Below are positions 18,854 to 27,981 of a stretch of DNA of 64,000 nucleotides, piece by piece (within the stretch, counting starts at the first letter, position 1; every line of letters starts with the position of its first letter). Under the pieces are notes generated by a model that did not search any database, was not told the DNA's origin, and was given only the letters and a program-made list of their open reading frames with translations. A program made the translations under genes and the position numbers. Location: NCBI GenBank assembly GCA_964625945.1, contig CAZVDP010000007.1, positions 6,135 through 70,134 on the forward strand, written 5' to 3'. The DNA comes from an uncultured Dehalococcoidia bacterium (GTDB lineage Bacteria; Chloroflexota; Dehalococcoidia; Lucifugimonadales; UBA1127).

Positions 18854-20089
18854 GTGCGCGCTGAAATCCTAGCCTGTGGAACCGAACTGTTGATGGGGGA
18901 ATTGGTAGATACTAATTCCTCTTACATAGCAGGACGTCTGCCAGCGATTGGGGTGGACCTTCGTTACGTCACTCTCGTTGGAGACAACTTCGACGACCTT
19001 GTAGAAACTATCCGAAGAGCGTTCCATCGGTCGGACATTATCTTCATCACGGGCGGACTTGGCCCCACGCCAGACGACCTAACTCGCGAGGCGATTGCCG
19101 CTGCTCTTGATGAGAAACTTGCTGTCGACCCCCAAATGCTTGAGCATCTGCAATCTACCTTCCGTTCACGAGGGACACCAATGCCTGAAGGCAACATCAA
19201 GCAAGCGACGAGGACACCATCCACGAATCCCATCTCTAACCCGATGGGGACGGCACCCGGATGGTGGAGTGAAAAAGACAAAACCATCATCGTAGCTATG
19301 CCCGGAGTGCCTTCTGAATTGAAACGTATGTGGGAACAGGAAGTCGAACCAATCTTGAAAAAGCGACAGAACGGCACGGTTATTCTCTCTCGAACATTGA
19401 AAACTTTTGGCTACGCTGAATCAGCTATCAGTGACCAACTCAATCCTCTCTTTAAGACCGAGAATCCGTACCTAGGTATCTACGCCAAACAAGATGGGAT
19501 CCAGCTAAGAATCATAGCTAGAGGTGCAAATACGGAGTTGGCTCGTAAGCTCATTGATCCACTCGAATCCGAGATTAGACAAATCCTCGGCGAAGCTATA
19601 TGGGGCACCGATGACGAGACGATGGAAGGGCGCCTCGCCCAGATTCTCAAATCCCGACGGTTAACTGTAGCAGTGATGGAGTCCTGTACAGGCGGGCTTT
19701 TGGCAAGTTGTCTCACAGATCTCCCTGGAAGCTCATACTATTTCCGGGGCGGCATAGTCACGTACACCAATGATGTCAAGATCGCACACGGAATAGACGC
19801 GGAGCTGATACGGAAGCATGGTGTAGTAAGCTCTCCTGTGGCTGAAGCGATGGCCAAAGCAGTACGCTCGCAATTTCAATCTGACATTGGTGTGGCTGTA
19901 ACTGGGGTAACGGGCCCTGACCCCCTTGAAGGGGTCGCTCCTGGCAATATCTACACCGGAGTTGCTTGGCTGGACAAATCCTCTAGTACCAGCAACCGGT
20001 ATCCGCCAACTAGACTTCTCGTAAAACGGCGTGCTGTCCATCAAGCCCTACTGCTCGCATATGAAACCGTCCAGAACTCCAGTTTATAG
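18854..20089 (+). CDS. cinA: CinA-family protein (MoCF-binding domain + nicotinamide-nucleotide amidohydrolase PncC domain)
   Basis: The GTG start gives 'MRAEILACGTELLMGELVDTNS'. Also present are 'ITGGLGPTPDDLT' and the C-terminal 'ESCTGGLL'. Confidence 0.85.
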   Translation: MRAEILACGTELLMGELVDTNSSYIAGRLPAIGVDLRYVTLVGDNFDDLVETIRRAFHRSDIIFITGGLGPTPDDLTREAIAAALDEKLAVDPQMLEHLQSTFRSRGTPMPEGNIKQATRTPSTNPISNPMGTAPGWWSEKDKTIIVAMPGVPSELKRMWEQEVEPILKKRQNGTVILSRTLKTFGYAESAISDQLNPLFKTENPYLGIYAKQDGIQLRIIARGANTELARKLIDPLESEIRQILGEAIWGTDDETMEGRLAQILKSRRLTVAVMESCTGGLLASCLTDLPGSSYYFRGGIVTYTNDVKIAHGIDAELIRKHGVVSSPVAEAMAKAVRSQFQSDIGVAVTGVTGPDPLEGVAPGNIYTGVAWLDKSSSTSNRYPPTRLLVKRRAVHQALLLAYETVQNSSL

Positions 20090-20172
20090 GGCGTATCCTT
20101 GCTGCGTTCTACTCATCCACGTATACTTATAGAACTAAATTCAGACGTGGAGATAACTCACTAGAGCCCCTT

Positions 20173-21204
20173 ATGAAAGTCGGAATTCTGAACATCACTG
20201 GTTATGCTGGACTAGAATTAGCACGTATTCTCACGCGCCATAGAGAAGTCGACCTAGTCGTTGCTACTGGCCGAAGCGAAGCTGGCAAGCCCCTCGGAGA
20301 CGTATTCCCACATCTGGGGTCACTTGGACTTACCATACAGGAAGAAATAACCGAGAACGTAGACTTAGTGTTCTCAGCTCTCCCACATCAAGCAAGTGCA
20401 GAAATATGCGTTCCACTCCTCGACAAGGGAGTCCGTGTCATTGACATCAGCGCTGACTTCCGCCTGAGAAGTCAGGATCAATACGAACTATGGTACGGCG
20501 TTAAGCACCCCTCTCCGAAACATCTGAATCAAGCAGTTTATGGCCTTCCGGAGATTTATAGGTCGCAAATCTCAAGTGGCACTCTAATCGCCAACCCAGG
20601 GTGCTATCCGACGAGTATAATCTTGGGCCTCGTTCCCGCTCTCAAGGCGGGCATCATAGATCCGGAAATCATAGCAGACAGTAAATCTGGGGTTTCAGGA
20701 GCCGGGAGAAGCGGCAACGTCGCCTACAACTTCTCCGAAGTAAATGAGAGCGTCCGTGCCTATGGATTAGAAGGACACCGACACCTCCCTGAGATCGTTC
20801 AGGAACTTAATGCGGTGTCAGAAGAGCAAACGCGCGTGACATTCGTCCCCCACCTAATACCAATGACTAGAGGGATTTTAAGTGCCTGTTATGCACCGAT
20901 CCGAGATAGTATAGTAGGTGATGGGGAGAAAGAACTAAAAATGGTGCGAGACCTCTACCGTGAATTCTATGAGAATGAACCCTTTGTCACGGTTGCTGAA
21001 CAGCCACCAGCGACCAAACTCACAGCCGGTAACAACCAATGTATCATATACCCTACGATAGACCACCGGACAAACCGACTCATCGTAATTAGCTGCTTAG
21101 ACAACCTTGTCAAAGGGGCTGCAGGTCAAGCTGTACAGAACATGAACTTGATGCTGAAGTTGCCTGAGACAGAAGGGCTGGAAGCCCTCGCTCTATACCC
21201 GTAG
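20173..21204 (+). CDS. argC: N-acetyl-gamma-glutamyl-phosphate reductase
   Basis: It has 'GYAGLEL', the active site 'NPGCYPTS' and 'DNLVKGAAGQAVQNMN'. Confidence 0.92.
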   Translation: MKVGILNITGYAGLELARILTRHREVDLVVATGRSEAGKPLGDVFPHLGSLGLTIQEEITENVDLVFSALPHQASAEICVPLLDKGVRVIDISADFRLRSQDQYELWYGVKHPSPKHLNQAVYGLPEIYRSQISSGTLIANPGCYPTSIILGLVPALKAGIIDPEIIADSKSGVSGAGRSGNVAYNFSEVNESVRAYGLEGHRHLPEIVQELNAVSEEQTRVTFVPHLIPMTRGILSACYAPIRDSIVGDGEKELKMVRDLYREFYENEPFVTVAEQPPATKLTAGNNQCIIYPTIDHRTNRLIVISCLDNLVKGAAGQAVQNMNLMLKLPETEGLEALALYP

Positions 21205-21259
21205 GGAGGCACGCAACCTAGGATTATCCATTATCCAACAAGTAATTCACTGCACCGCC

Positions 21260-21336
21260 GCCCCCATAGTCTAGCGGCCCAGGACGCCACCCTTTCAAGG
21301 TGGAGATCGCGGGTTCGAATCCCGCTGGGGGCACCA
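21260..21336 (+). tRNA. tRNA-Glu (anticodon UUC), CCA encoded
   Basis: It folds with acceptor GCCCCCA/TGGGGGC, anticodon arm CCACC-CTTTCAA-GGTGG, T arm GCGGG-TTCGAAT-CCCGC and a terminal ACCA. Confidence 0.9.
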
Positions 21337-21477
21337 TTTCGCTCAAGACACTCCGCGGGCCTCCCCGAACTTGATGTTTGAACATAAATTAACTTCACGC
21401 ACCCGCTTCGCGTCACCTTGCTAGATGCTTACAACATGTGCGAGACTCTGCGCAATTGACTAACAGGAGGTCATCAC

Positions 21478-21900
21478 ATGGTACCCAATTCTCCGTCCCA
21501 GACAGATGAGGTCGTACGATGCCTAAAGACGATACGAGATGCAGTTGACCGCCTCCAACAGATTCTAGAAGCTCCGCAAGAGGAGACGATGGAACGATAC
21601 TATCGACGTCGGAGAGAGCTACTTACTCGGATTTTTGCCGCCGGAGGTTTAGATCAACGAGGACTCTTCGATCTTCTAGACGAGCACGATACTCCTCATC
21701 AATGGATTGGCCAACAGGTCAAAGCGAAGTTTCTCGAGATGGTGCCGTGGCCTGGAGAATCGGATCGATACGTCGCAACTCGAAAAGCCGTACAAGAGTT
21801 TGACCTCCAGCGCGAAGCTGAAGCGCTTGCCAGCATGTCAGAACAAGTACTGGACACCGATTGGGACGCCGAGGAGGACATGAAATATGACCACGCGTAA
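21478..21900 (+). CDS. Hypothetical protein, possible antitoxin partner of the downstream MazF-like toxin
   Basis: AGGAGG lies 7 nt before the ATG. Its 3' end overlaps the toxin gene by 14 nt and the protein has an acidic C-terminus. No known antitoxin fold was recognised. Confidence 0.5.
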   Translation: MVPNSPSQTDEVVRCLKTIRDAVDRLQQILEAPQEETMERYYRRRRELLTRIFAAGGLDQRGLFDLLDEHDTPHQWIGQQVKAKFLEMVPWPGESDRYVATRKAVQEFDLQREAEALASMSEQVLDTDWDAEEDMKYDHA

Positions 21901-22234
21901 CGCCCGCCACTCTGACGTAATACTCGTGCCTTATCCCATCAGTGGAGTAACAACCACTAAACGGCGGCCTGCCGTGGTCATAAGTAGCGACCATTACAAT
22001 ACTAGCACCGGCGAAGTAATGATTGCACCGATCACCTCGCGAGGGAATTCTATGCCTCGGGTAGGAGATTACAGCATTGTAGACTGGAGGCAATCCGGAT
22101 TACTTGGGCCAGCCACTGTACGATCAAGGATTATTACTATCAGGGCCTCGCACGTTCTTAAAGTTCTAGGATCGCTAACCCGCCGGGATGTAGACGGACT
22201 TGCGGGATGGATCAGGAGAGTGTTAGACCTTTAG
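21887..22234 (+). CDS. PemK/MazF-family type II toxin (endoribonuclease)
   Basis: It has 'DVILVPYP...KRRPAVVISSD...MIAPITSR', which is typical of the MazF/PemK SH3-like barrel. Confidence 0.75.
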   Translation: MTTRNARHSDVILVPYPISGVTTTKRRPAVVISSDHYNTSTGEVMIAPITSRGNSMPRVGDYSIVDWRQSGLLGPATVRSRIITIRASHVLKVLGSLTRRDVDGLAGWIRRVLDL

Positions 22235-22373
22235 TAGGGTGCGAAATCCGCCAAGAACTACAGCCCAATGGTACAATAACCCGGCAAGTGGTCGTCTAGC
22301 ACGCTGCTTGCTGTAAACGATCCGGCGCCTAGATTATTTTGTTGGGGTTCGCATACTACGTAGGTGATTATAC

Positions 22374-23666
22374 TTGCGCATCTTACACTTCTCCGATATC
22401 CATATAGGGATGGAAAACTACGGCCGTCCTGCGACCGAGGATGATCTGTCCGCACTCCCAGAATACTTCGCTCCGGGTGTGGACCATAACATCTACCTAG
22501 GCCTTTCGACCCGTTTATTGGACTTTCTATGCGCCTTCGATCAGATTGTCGATCACGCATTGAATACAAACGTTGACCTCATAGTGTTTAGTGGAGATGC
22601 CTACAAGACACGTGAGCCTTCTCCAACACATCAGCGAGAATTTGCCCGGAGGGTGGCAGCTCTGACTAAACATGGAATACCAGTATTCCTCTTAGTTGGG
22701 AATCACGATATACCCCACGCGCTAGGAAGAGCCAACGCTCTCGAAATTTTTCCAACTCTATCCGTGGAGAGTGTAACAGTAGCAGAGAATATCGGGACCC
22801 ACCTCATTAATACTCGAGCAGGACATATTCAAATCGTAGCCCTTCCGTGGCCCCGGTGGAGGAATCTCCTATCTAGTGAAGAACATCGAGGGAAATCGTT
22901 TGAGGAATTGACCTCATATGTTGAAGCGGAACTCGCCCGCCGCCTCCTTATGGAATTCGACGCTATCAACCCAGCAATCCCCGCACTGCTATGCGGACAT
23001 GTCACCATAGCAGGCGCGACCACGAGTTCAGAAAGATCAATGACCTTGGGAAGAGACCACGTGCTCCAGCACAGTACGGTGTCTGCGCCTGCACTCGACT
23101 ATGTCGCGCTAGGCCACATTCATAGACATCAGGTTTTAGGAGACTTTCCGCCGATCGTTTACCCGGGGAGCGTACAAACCATAGACTTCGGCGAGCAAGA
23201 CGACATCAAAGGGTTTTGCATAGTTGATATTGATCCCGCGAAACCTCCTGGGCGCAGAGCGAATTGGGAATTTATCCCTGTACATAATCGGCGCTTCCAC
23301 ACGATAGACGTCAAGATACCTGAGCGTGAAGAAGATCCGACGAAACTTGTTCTACAACATATCGATAAGGTAAACATTGACGATGGCATCGTCCGGGTCC
23401 ACGTCCAAGGATCTGAGGAACTTATCTCACTCTTAGACATGCGCCAGATAAAACAATCACTGGCCGCAGCGCATCTAACTGCGAGTATCAAGAAGGAAGT
23501 TACGCAGACACATCGTGTTCGTCTAGGCAGATCTACACGCGGGATCGCTCCGGACCAAGCGTTACGTTTGTACTTGAAACAACAGGATTCCATAGATTCT
23601 AAAGTCAAGGGTCAAGTCCTCAACCGGGGATTGGAGCTGATAGCCGAAGAAGATATTCAAACCTAG
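22374..23666 (+). CDS. SbcD/Mre11-family metallophosphoesterase nuclease
   Basis: It has 'ILHFSDIHIG', 'SGDAYK', 'GNHD' and 'GHIH' phosphoesterase motifs, with a TTG start. Confidence 0.8.
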   Translation: MRILHFSDIHIGMENYGRPATEDDLSALPEYFAPGVDHNIYLGLSTRLLDFLCAFDQIVDHALNTNVDLIVFSGDAYKTREPSPTHQREFARRVAALTKHGIPVFLLVGNHDIPHALGRANALEIFPTLSVESVTVAENIGTHLINTRAGHIQIVALPWPRWRNLLSSEEHRGKSFEELTSYVEAELARRLLMEFDAINPAIPALLCGHVTIAGATTSSERSMTLGRDHVLQHSTVSAPALDYVALGHIHRHQVLGDFPPIVYPGSVQTIDFGEQDDIKGFCIVDIDPAKPPGRRANWEFIPVHNRRFHTIDVKIPEREEDPTKLVLQHIDKVNIDDGIVRVHVQGSEELISLLDMRQIKQSLAAAHLTASIKKEVTQTHRVRLGRSTRGIAPDQALRLYLKQQDSIDSKVKGQVLNRGLELIAEEDIQT

Positions 23667-23765
23667 CAGGCCCGATGTTGACCATACTAGACGCGGAGTC
23701 CTAAAATCGAAATCGCCAAGAGAGGTTAGCGCGTAGCATTTCCTTACCTCTATAAACGAGTAGAA

Positions 23766-24263
23766 ATGGCGAAAAGAGCTTTCATTACCGGTGTTCTGGG
23801 ATTAGCCTTAATGACTAGCTGTGCCATCAACATTACCGATCCAGGCACAATCCCTGAAACAACATTCGCTCTATACGACGATTTCCGCGGTGAAAATATC
23901 CTTTCTTTGCGCAGTTTGGAAGGAAGTCCGATCATTATAAATTTCTGGGGGACATGGTGCCCTCCTTGCAGGGCAGAAATGCCTGACATTCAAACGTTGT
24001 GGGAAGAACTCGGAGACGAGAATCTTATCGTCATTGGGGTAAACACACATGACCAAGAAGAATCCGCTCGAACCTTTATGCGTGAAATTGGGATTACGTA
24101 TCCCGTCGCTAAGGACGCCTCGGGCGATATTGCCGCGGATTTCAAGGTGCTTGGGTTCCCAGCGACTTTCTTTATCGATCAATCAGGAACCGTTCGTAAC
24201 ACTTGGACTGGATTTATGACACTCGAACAACTCCGAGAAAATGCCCAATTAATTCTTGAATAG
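23766..24263 (+). CDS. TlpA/ResA-family thiol:disulfide oxidoreductase (lipoprotein)
   Basis: It has the 'WGTWCPPC' thioredoxin motif and a lipobox-like 'LMTSC' near the N-terminus. Confidence 0.85.
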   Translation: MAKRAFITGVLGLALMTSCAINITDPGTIPETTFALYDDFRGENILSLRSLEGSPIIINFWGTWCPPCRAEMPDIQTLWEELGDENLIVIGVNTHDQEESARTFMREIGITYPVAKDASGDIAADFKVLGFPATFFIDQSGTVRNTWTGFMTLEQLRENAQLILE

Positions 24264-24295
24264 AGCAGCAAATGGAGCATCCGTGGTGAAGGGTA

Positions 24296-24805
24296 TTGAG
24301 CGTGAACTTTAGCGAAGTGTTTCTGTTACTCGTCCTTTGGTTACACATGCTATCTGCCACGGCATGGGTTGGCGGGAGCATATTTTATTTATTGGTTCTC
24401 AGACCAACGGTTCGTCGTGTCGAACCTTCCTCCCTATTTACTGCCGAAACAGCTAGAGAATTTAAAAGCTTAGTCGGCTTATGTATCGTGTTTTTAATCA
24501 TCACAGGTGTCATCCTAACGTTTGACCGTCTTACTTCTCCGTATACCGACGGAACGTACGTTTCGGTCCTAGCGATGAAGATAACTCTTGCATTGATAAT
24601 GTTCGCTTTAGCGCGATCCCGGCGGCGGCGAAATCGCCAGATTGAACTTCGCGCGGAAGACCGGGGAACACCAGTAGCATTGTTCCGACGATCGTACCAA
24701 GCTATCTCAACCGGGAGTGTGATCCTGATCATCGGAGGTATTGTATTGTTACTCGCCGATGTACTTCGAATGGTATATGAAATGAACTTAGGGAAAGGCG
24801 ATTAA
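24296..24805 (+). CDS. CopD-domain-like integral membrane protein
   Basis: It has four predicted TM segments, and 'LHMLSATAWVGGSIFY' resembles the CopD motif. Confidence 0.5.
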   Translation: MSVNFSEVFLLLVLWLHMLSATAWVGGSIFYLLVLRPTVRRVEPSSLFTAETAREFKSLVGLCIVFLIITGVILTFDRLTSPYTDGTYVSVLAMKITLALIMFALARSRRRRNRQIELRAEDRGTPVALFRRSYQAISTGSVILIIGGIVLLLADVLRMVYEMNLGKGD

Positions 24806-24878
24806 ACCCCACAGAAGTTGCAAGAAATGCCTTCATCCTTCAAAATAGTGCAACCTCGATCGTCTAGAAGAGGAAGCC

Positions 24879-25067
24879 ATGCGTCGAGAACTAGTGGATA
24901 TCTTAGCCTGCCCGATGTGTAAAGGGGATCTCGAACTGACCGTTGAGCAGGAAGAAAACGGTGAGGTCATTGCTGGGAGATTAGACTGCCCGACCTGCCC
25001 AGAAACCTACCCGATAGAAGAATCTATCCCCAACCTGCTGCCACCAGGCTTGCGCGATTCCGCCTGA
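24879..25067 (+). CDS. Trm112-family small zinc-ribbon protein
   Basis: It has 'LVDILACPMCKGDL...CPTCPETYPIEESIPNLL'. Confidence 0.75.
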   Translation: MRRELVDILACPMCKGDLELTVEQEENGEVIAGRLDCPTCPETYPIEESIPNLLPPGLRDSA

Positions 25068-25180
25068 CGATTCTCAGAATTATCTTCTAACCACCGTCCG
25101 GTACCGACAAACGCAAGCTCTGATTTTGTAGAGTAGCATCACAGGCGAGACCTTTACAATGTACCGCACGTTCACCATCC

Positions 25181-25702
25181 CTAGGTTGACTCTGACGTCC
25201 CTCTTCTCCGTATGGTCTCTGGCCCACTACTTAAGCCCACCAAGGTTTGCCGGACTGTCAATTTCGTGACGGGATCCTCAAGACACGGAGCCAGGTCAGC
25301 CAATGGCGCAAGAACGAAGGCCCGGCTAAACATCCGGGGATGTGGAATAGTCAACTCGCCAACATTAACTTCATAATCTCCATAAAGAAGTATGTCGATA
25401 TCCAAAACGCGAGACGAATAAGAATCACTCACAAATCTCCCTCTGTCTCGCTCAATACTTTTGACAGCTTGAAGAAGAGTCAAAGGAGCTAGGCGGGTTT
25501 CGCAGTGACAGACAGCATTTAAAAAGAGACCAGCTTCAGGGTGCATCCCGACGGGAGATGTTTCATAAATTTGTGATATTTGGGTGACTCGAATGCCTTT
25601 TCTAGGCAGTTCTCTTAAACACCAGCGGATATGCGCTTCTCTGTCTCCCATATTGGACCCAAGACCAAGATATATATCTTTGCCGCCCTTCAATCTCGCC
25701 AT
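25181..25702 (-). CDS. folK: 2-amino-4-hydroxy-6-hydroxymethyldihydropteridine diphosphokinase
   Basis: It has 'LGSNMGDR', 'SQIYETSPVG' and 'RVLDIDILLYG...LTIPHPRM'. It overlaps folP by 13 nt. Confidence 0.88.
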   Translation of the reverse strand: MARLKGGKDIYLGLGSNMGDREAHIRWCLRELPRKGIRVTQISQIYETSPVGMHPEAGLFLNAVCHCETRLAPLTLLQAVKSIERDRGRFVSDSYSSRVLDIDILLYGDYEVNVGELTIPHPRMFSRAFVLAPLADLAPCLEDPVTKLTVRQTLVGLSSGPETIRRRGTSEST

Positions 25703-26532
25703 CCTCGGACTATTGCATCACTCATTCTAGCCACGCGGCGCATCTGAAGAACATCATGGACCCTAATCATATCTACCTGTTTCGCGATAGCAAGAGCCAC
25801 TGTAGCCGCCGTCCCGTCGACACGGTCATCCGGCACTGATACCTCAGTGACTAAACCAATCGTAGACTTTCTTGAAGTTCCAATCATCACTGGGCGATGT
25901 ATTCCCAAACGAAATTCATCTAGCCGTCGAAGGATCTCCAAGTTACCTTCAGGGGTTTTCCCAAATCCGATCCCTGGGTCAATTACGATCTGGTGGATGT
26001 CGACTCCACGTTCCAGTGCAATGCCGATACTTTCTTTAAGCCCATTGATGATGTCCGGAATGATATCTGTATAGTAGGTAGTTTTCTGATTATGAGTGAG
26101 GACTAGTGGCACCTTATTCTCTGACGCGATAGAAGCGATTTCAGGATCCTTTTTTAGGCCCCATACATCATTGATTACAGTAGCCCCAGCTATGACAGCG
26201 CGATACGCAACCTCAGCTTTGTAAGTATCAATACTGATAGGAAGACTTATAGCCTCTTTAAGTCTCTGAATGACAGGTAATACAAGCCTCAATTCTTCTT
26301 GAATCGAAACTGGTGTAGCACCAACACCATAAAATCTTCCCGGGGGTCGGGTTGATTCTCCGCCTACATCGATTAGATCTGCGCCTTCTGCTTGGAGTCT
26401 CAAGGCCAGTGCCACAGCCGCTTCAACGTCATATCCGAGTCCGTCGCCCGAAAATGAGTCTGGCGAGAGATTCAGCACACCCATAACGAATGTTCTTTCG
26501 CCCCATGTGAATGACGACTGACCCACCTGCAA
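25690..26532 (-). CDS. folP: Dihydropteroate synthase
   Basis: It has 'VMGVLNLSPDSFSGDG', 'DVGGESTRP', 'ISIDTYK' and 'INDVWG'. Confidence 0.9.
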   Translation of the reverse strand: MQVGQSSFTWGERTFVMGVLNLSPDSFSGDGLGYDVEAAVALALRLQAEGADLIDVGGESTRPPGRFYGVGATPVSIQEELRLVLPVIQRLKEAISLPISIDTYKAEVAYRAVIAGATVINDVWGLKKDPEIASIASENKVPLVLTHNQKTTYYTDIIPDIINGLKESIGIALERGVDIHQIVIDPGIGFGKTPEGNLEILRRLDEFRLGIHRPVMIGTSRKSTIGLVTEVSVPDDRVDGTAATVALAIAKQVDMIRVHDVLQMRRVARMSDAIVRGWRD

Positions 26533-26591
26533 TGTGCCGAGGTCAATAATTTACGCCCCCTACTGGTGGAGAGCTCAGGCAATAAAGATAC

Positions 26592-26795
26592 TTACTCAGC
26601 AGTACCTCTTTGGACCTGTTCTAAAAGACGATCCACTGACTGCCCTAAAAGTAGGCGCCCTAAGCGACGATGGCCTAGCTTCGTATAATAACTCCTCCAC
26701 CAACGACGGACGTCGTCGGCAGTCTCGAGGTCCTTTAACCCGTCAGCTGCTGCTTCGATTTGTTCCTCTAGATCTAAAGTGCTTTCGTTCGTCAT
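26592..26795 (-). CDS. Small hypothetical protein (67 aa)
   Basis: It is on the same strand between mdh and folP and fills the gap. There is no homology that I recognise. Confidence 0.35.
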   Translation of the reverse strand: MTNESTLDLEEQIEAAADGLKDLETADDVRRWWRSYYTKLGHRRLGRLLLGQSVDRLLEQVQRGTAE

Positions 26796-26903
26796 AGCCT
26801 TGTAACCTCATTGGACAAAAATTCTCCCCAGACAATTGGTCCTATTCTAAACCCCTGCTCTCTTCCTCTCTGGAAGCAGGTCATTTCCGCGATACATGAG
26901 AGT

Positions 26904-27839
26904 TTAAACTGGGCGTTGGTGCATCGTCTCCACTAGTTCTTTGACAGCTTCAGCAGATCGACCGAGAGAATGCCTTTCTTCGTCCGTAAGCTGGATATCC
27001 ACGATCTGCTCCATCCCAGAAGCTCCTAACTTAACAGGCACACCCATAAACAGACCGTTTATACCATACTCACCCTCTAGCATCACGCAGCACGGCAGGA
27101 CTCTCTTCCGATCTAGCAAAATCGCTTCTACCATCTCAGCAACCGCAGCTGCAGGTGCATAATACGCGCTACCAGATTTCAATAAACTGACGATTTCTGC
27201 TCCACCATCTCGAGTCCGTTGCACGATCTCTTGAAGGCGCTCGGCTGGAATGAGCTGGGAGATAGGGATCCCTCCTACGTTGGTAGCTCCTACCAGAGGA
27301 ACCATCGAATCCCCGTGTCCACCGAGGACATATGCGTGAACATCTCCGACTGATACGTCAAGCTCTTGAGACAGAAAAGTGCTGAATCTAGCCGTATCCA
27401 AGATCCCGGCCATACCAATGACTTTCGCTCTGGGGAGACCAGCAACCTCGTAGACATGCTGGGCAATAGCGTCCAACGGATTAGTAACCACAACCAGAAT
27501 CGCATTGGGTGAATGCTTAATCGCCTCTCGAGCCACACTACCTGCGATATCCATGTTGGTGAACAGAAGATCATCACGGCTCATTCCTGGTTTGCGAGCC
27601 ACTCCTGATGTTATAACGACAATATCTGATCCCGCCGTGTCGTTATAATCGTTCGTCCCAACAATATATGCATCAGTCCCAACAACTGGCCCGGACTCTA
27701 AGAGATCTAGGGCCTTCCCCTGTGGAAGACCGTCCACTATATCGACTAGTACGACATCTGCGTAACCACGCTCATAAATACGCTGTGCCGTAGTTGCCCC
27801 AACGTTCCCCGCACCCACAACTGTCACTTTATTACGCAT
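26904..27839 (-). CDS. mdh: Malate dehydrogenase (LDH-like type)
   Basis: It has '[13 protein letters not shown]', '[18 protein letters not shown]' and 'GGHGDSMVP'. Confidence 0.92.
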   Translation of the reverse strand: MRNKVTVVGAGNVGATTAQRIYERGYADVVLVDIVDGLPQGKALDLLESGPVVGTDAYIVGTNDYNDTAGSDIVVITSGVARKPGMSRDDLLFTNMDIAGSVAREAIKHSPNAILVVVTNPLDAIAQHVYEVAGLPRAKVIGMAGILDTARFSTFLSQELDVSVGDVHAYVLGGHGDSMVPLVGATNVGGIPISQLIPAERLQEIVQRTRDGGAEIVSLLKSGSAYYAPAAAVAEMVEAILLDRKRVLPCCVMLEGEYGINGLFMGVPVKLGASGMEQIVDIQLTDEERHSLGRSAEAVKELVETMHQRPV

Positions 27840-27981
27840 CCATGCTCCTTTTCGAATCAGAAAGATTTCTGGGATAACCAGTTCGTTTCAAAACTAGGTC
27901 GGAACTTTCTCCGTCACTTCGATCTTGTAGTGACGCGTCATCACATCTCCACACGCAAAGATTATATGCCTACGTCCGAGG

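Noticed and set aside
21231-21416. The 61-aa ORF at 21231..21416 (-) and the 74-aa ORF at 9326..9550 (-).
   Set aside because: They overlap tRNA-Glu and tRNA-Pro respectively, and their apparent coding potential comes from the tRNA sequence.
22237-22252. The sequence GGGTGCGAAATCCGCC after the MazF gene resembles the tRNA-Glu T-arm (GGGTTCGAATCCCGC) and could be an att-type direct repeat bounding an islet.
   Set aside because: The match needs an indel and mismatches over only about 15 nt. No integrase is associated, so it is too weak to call.
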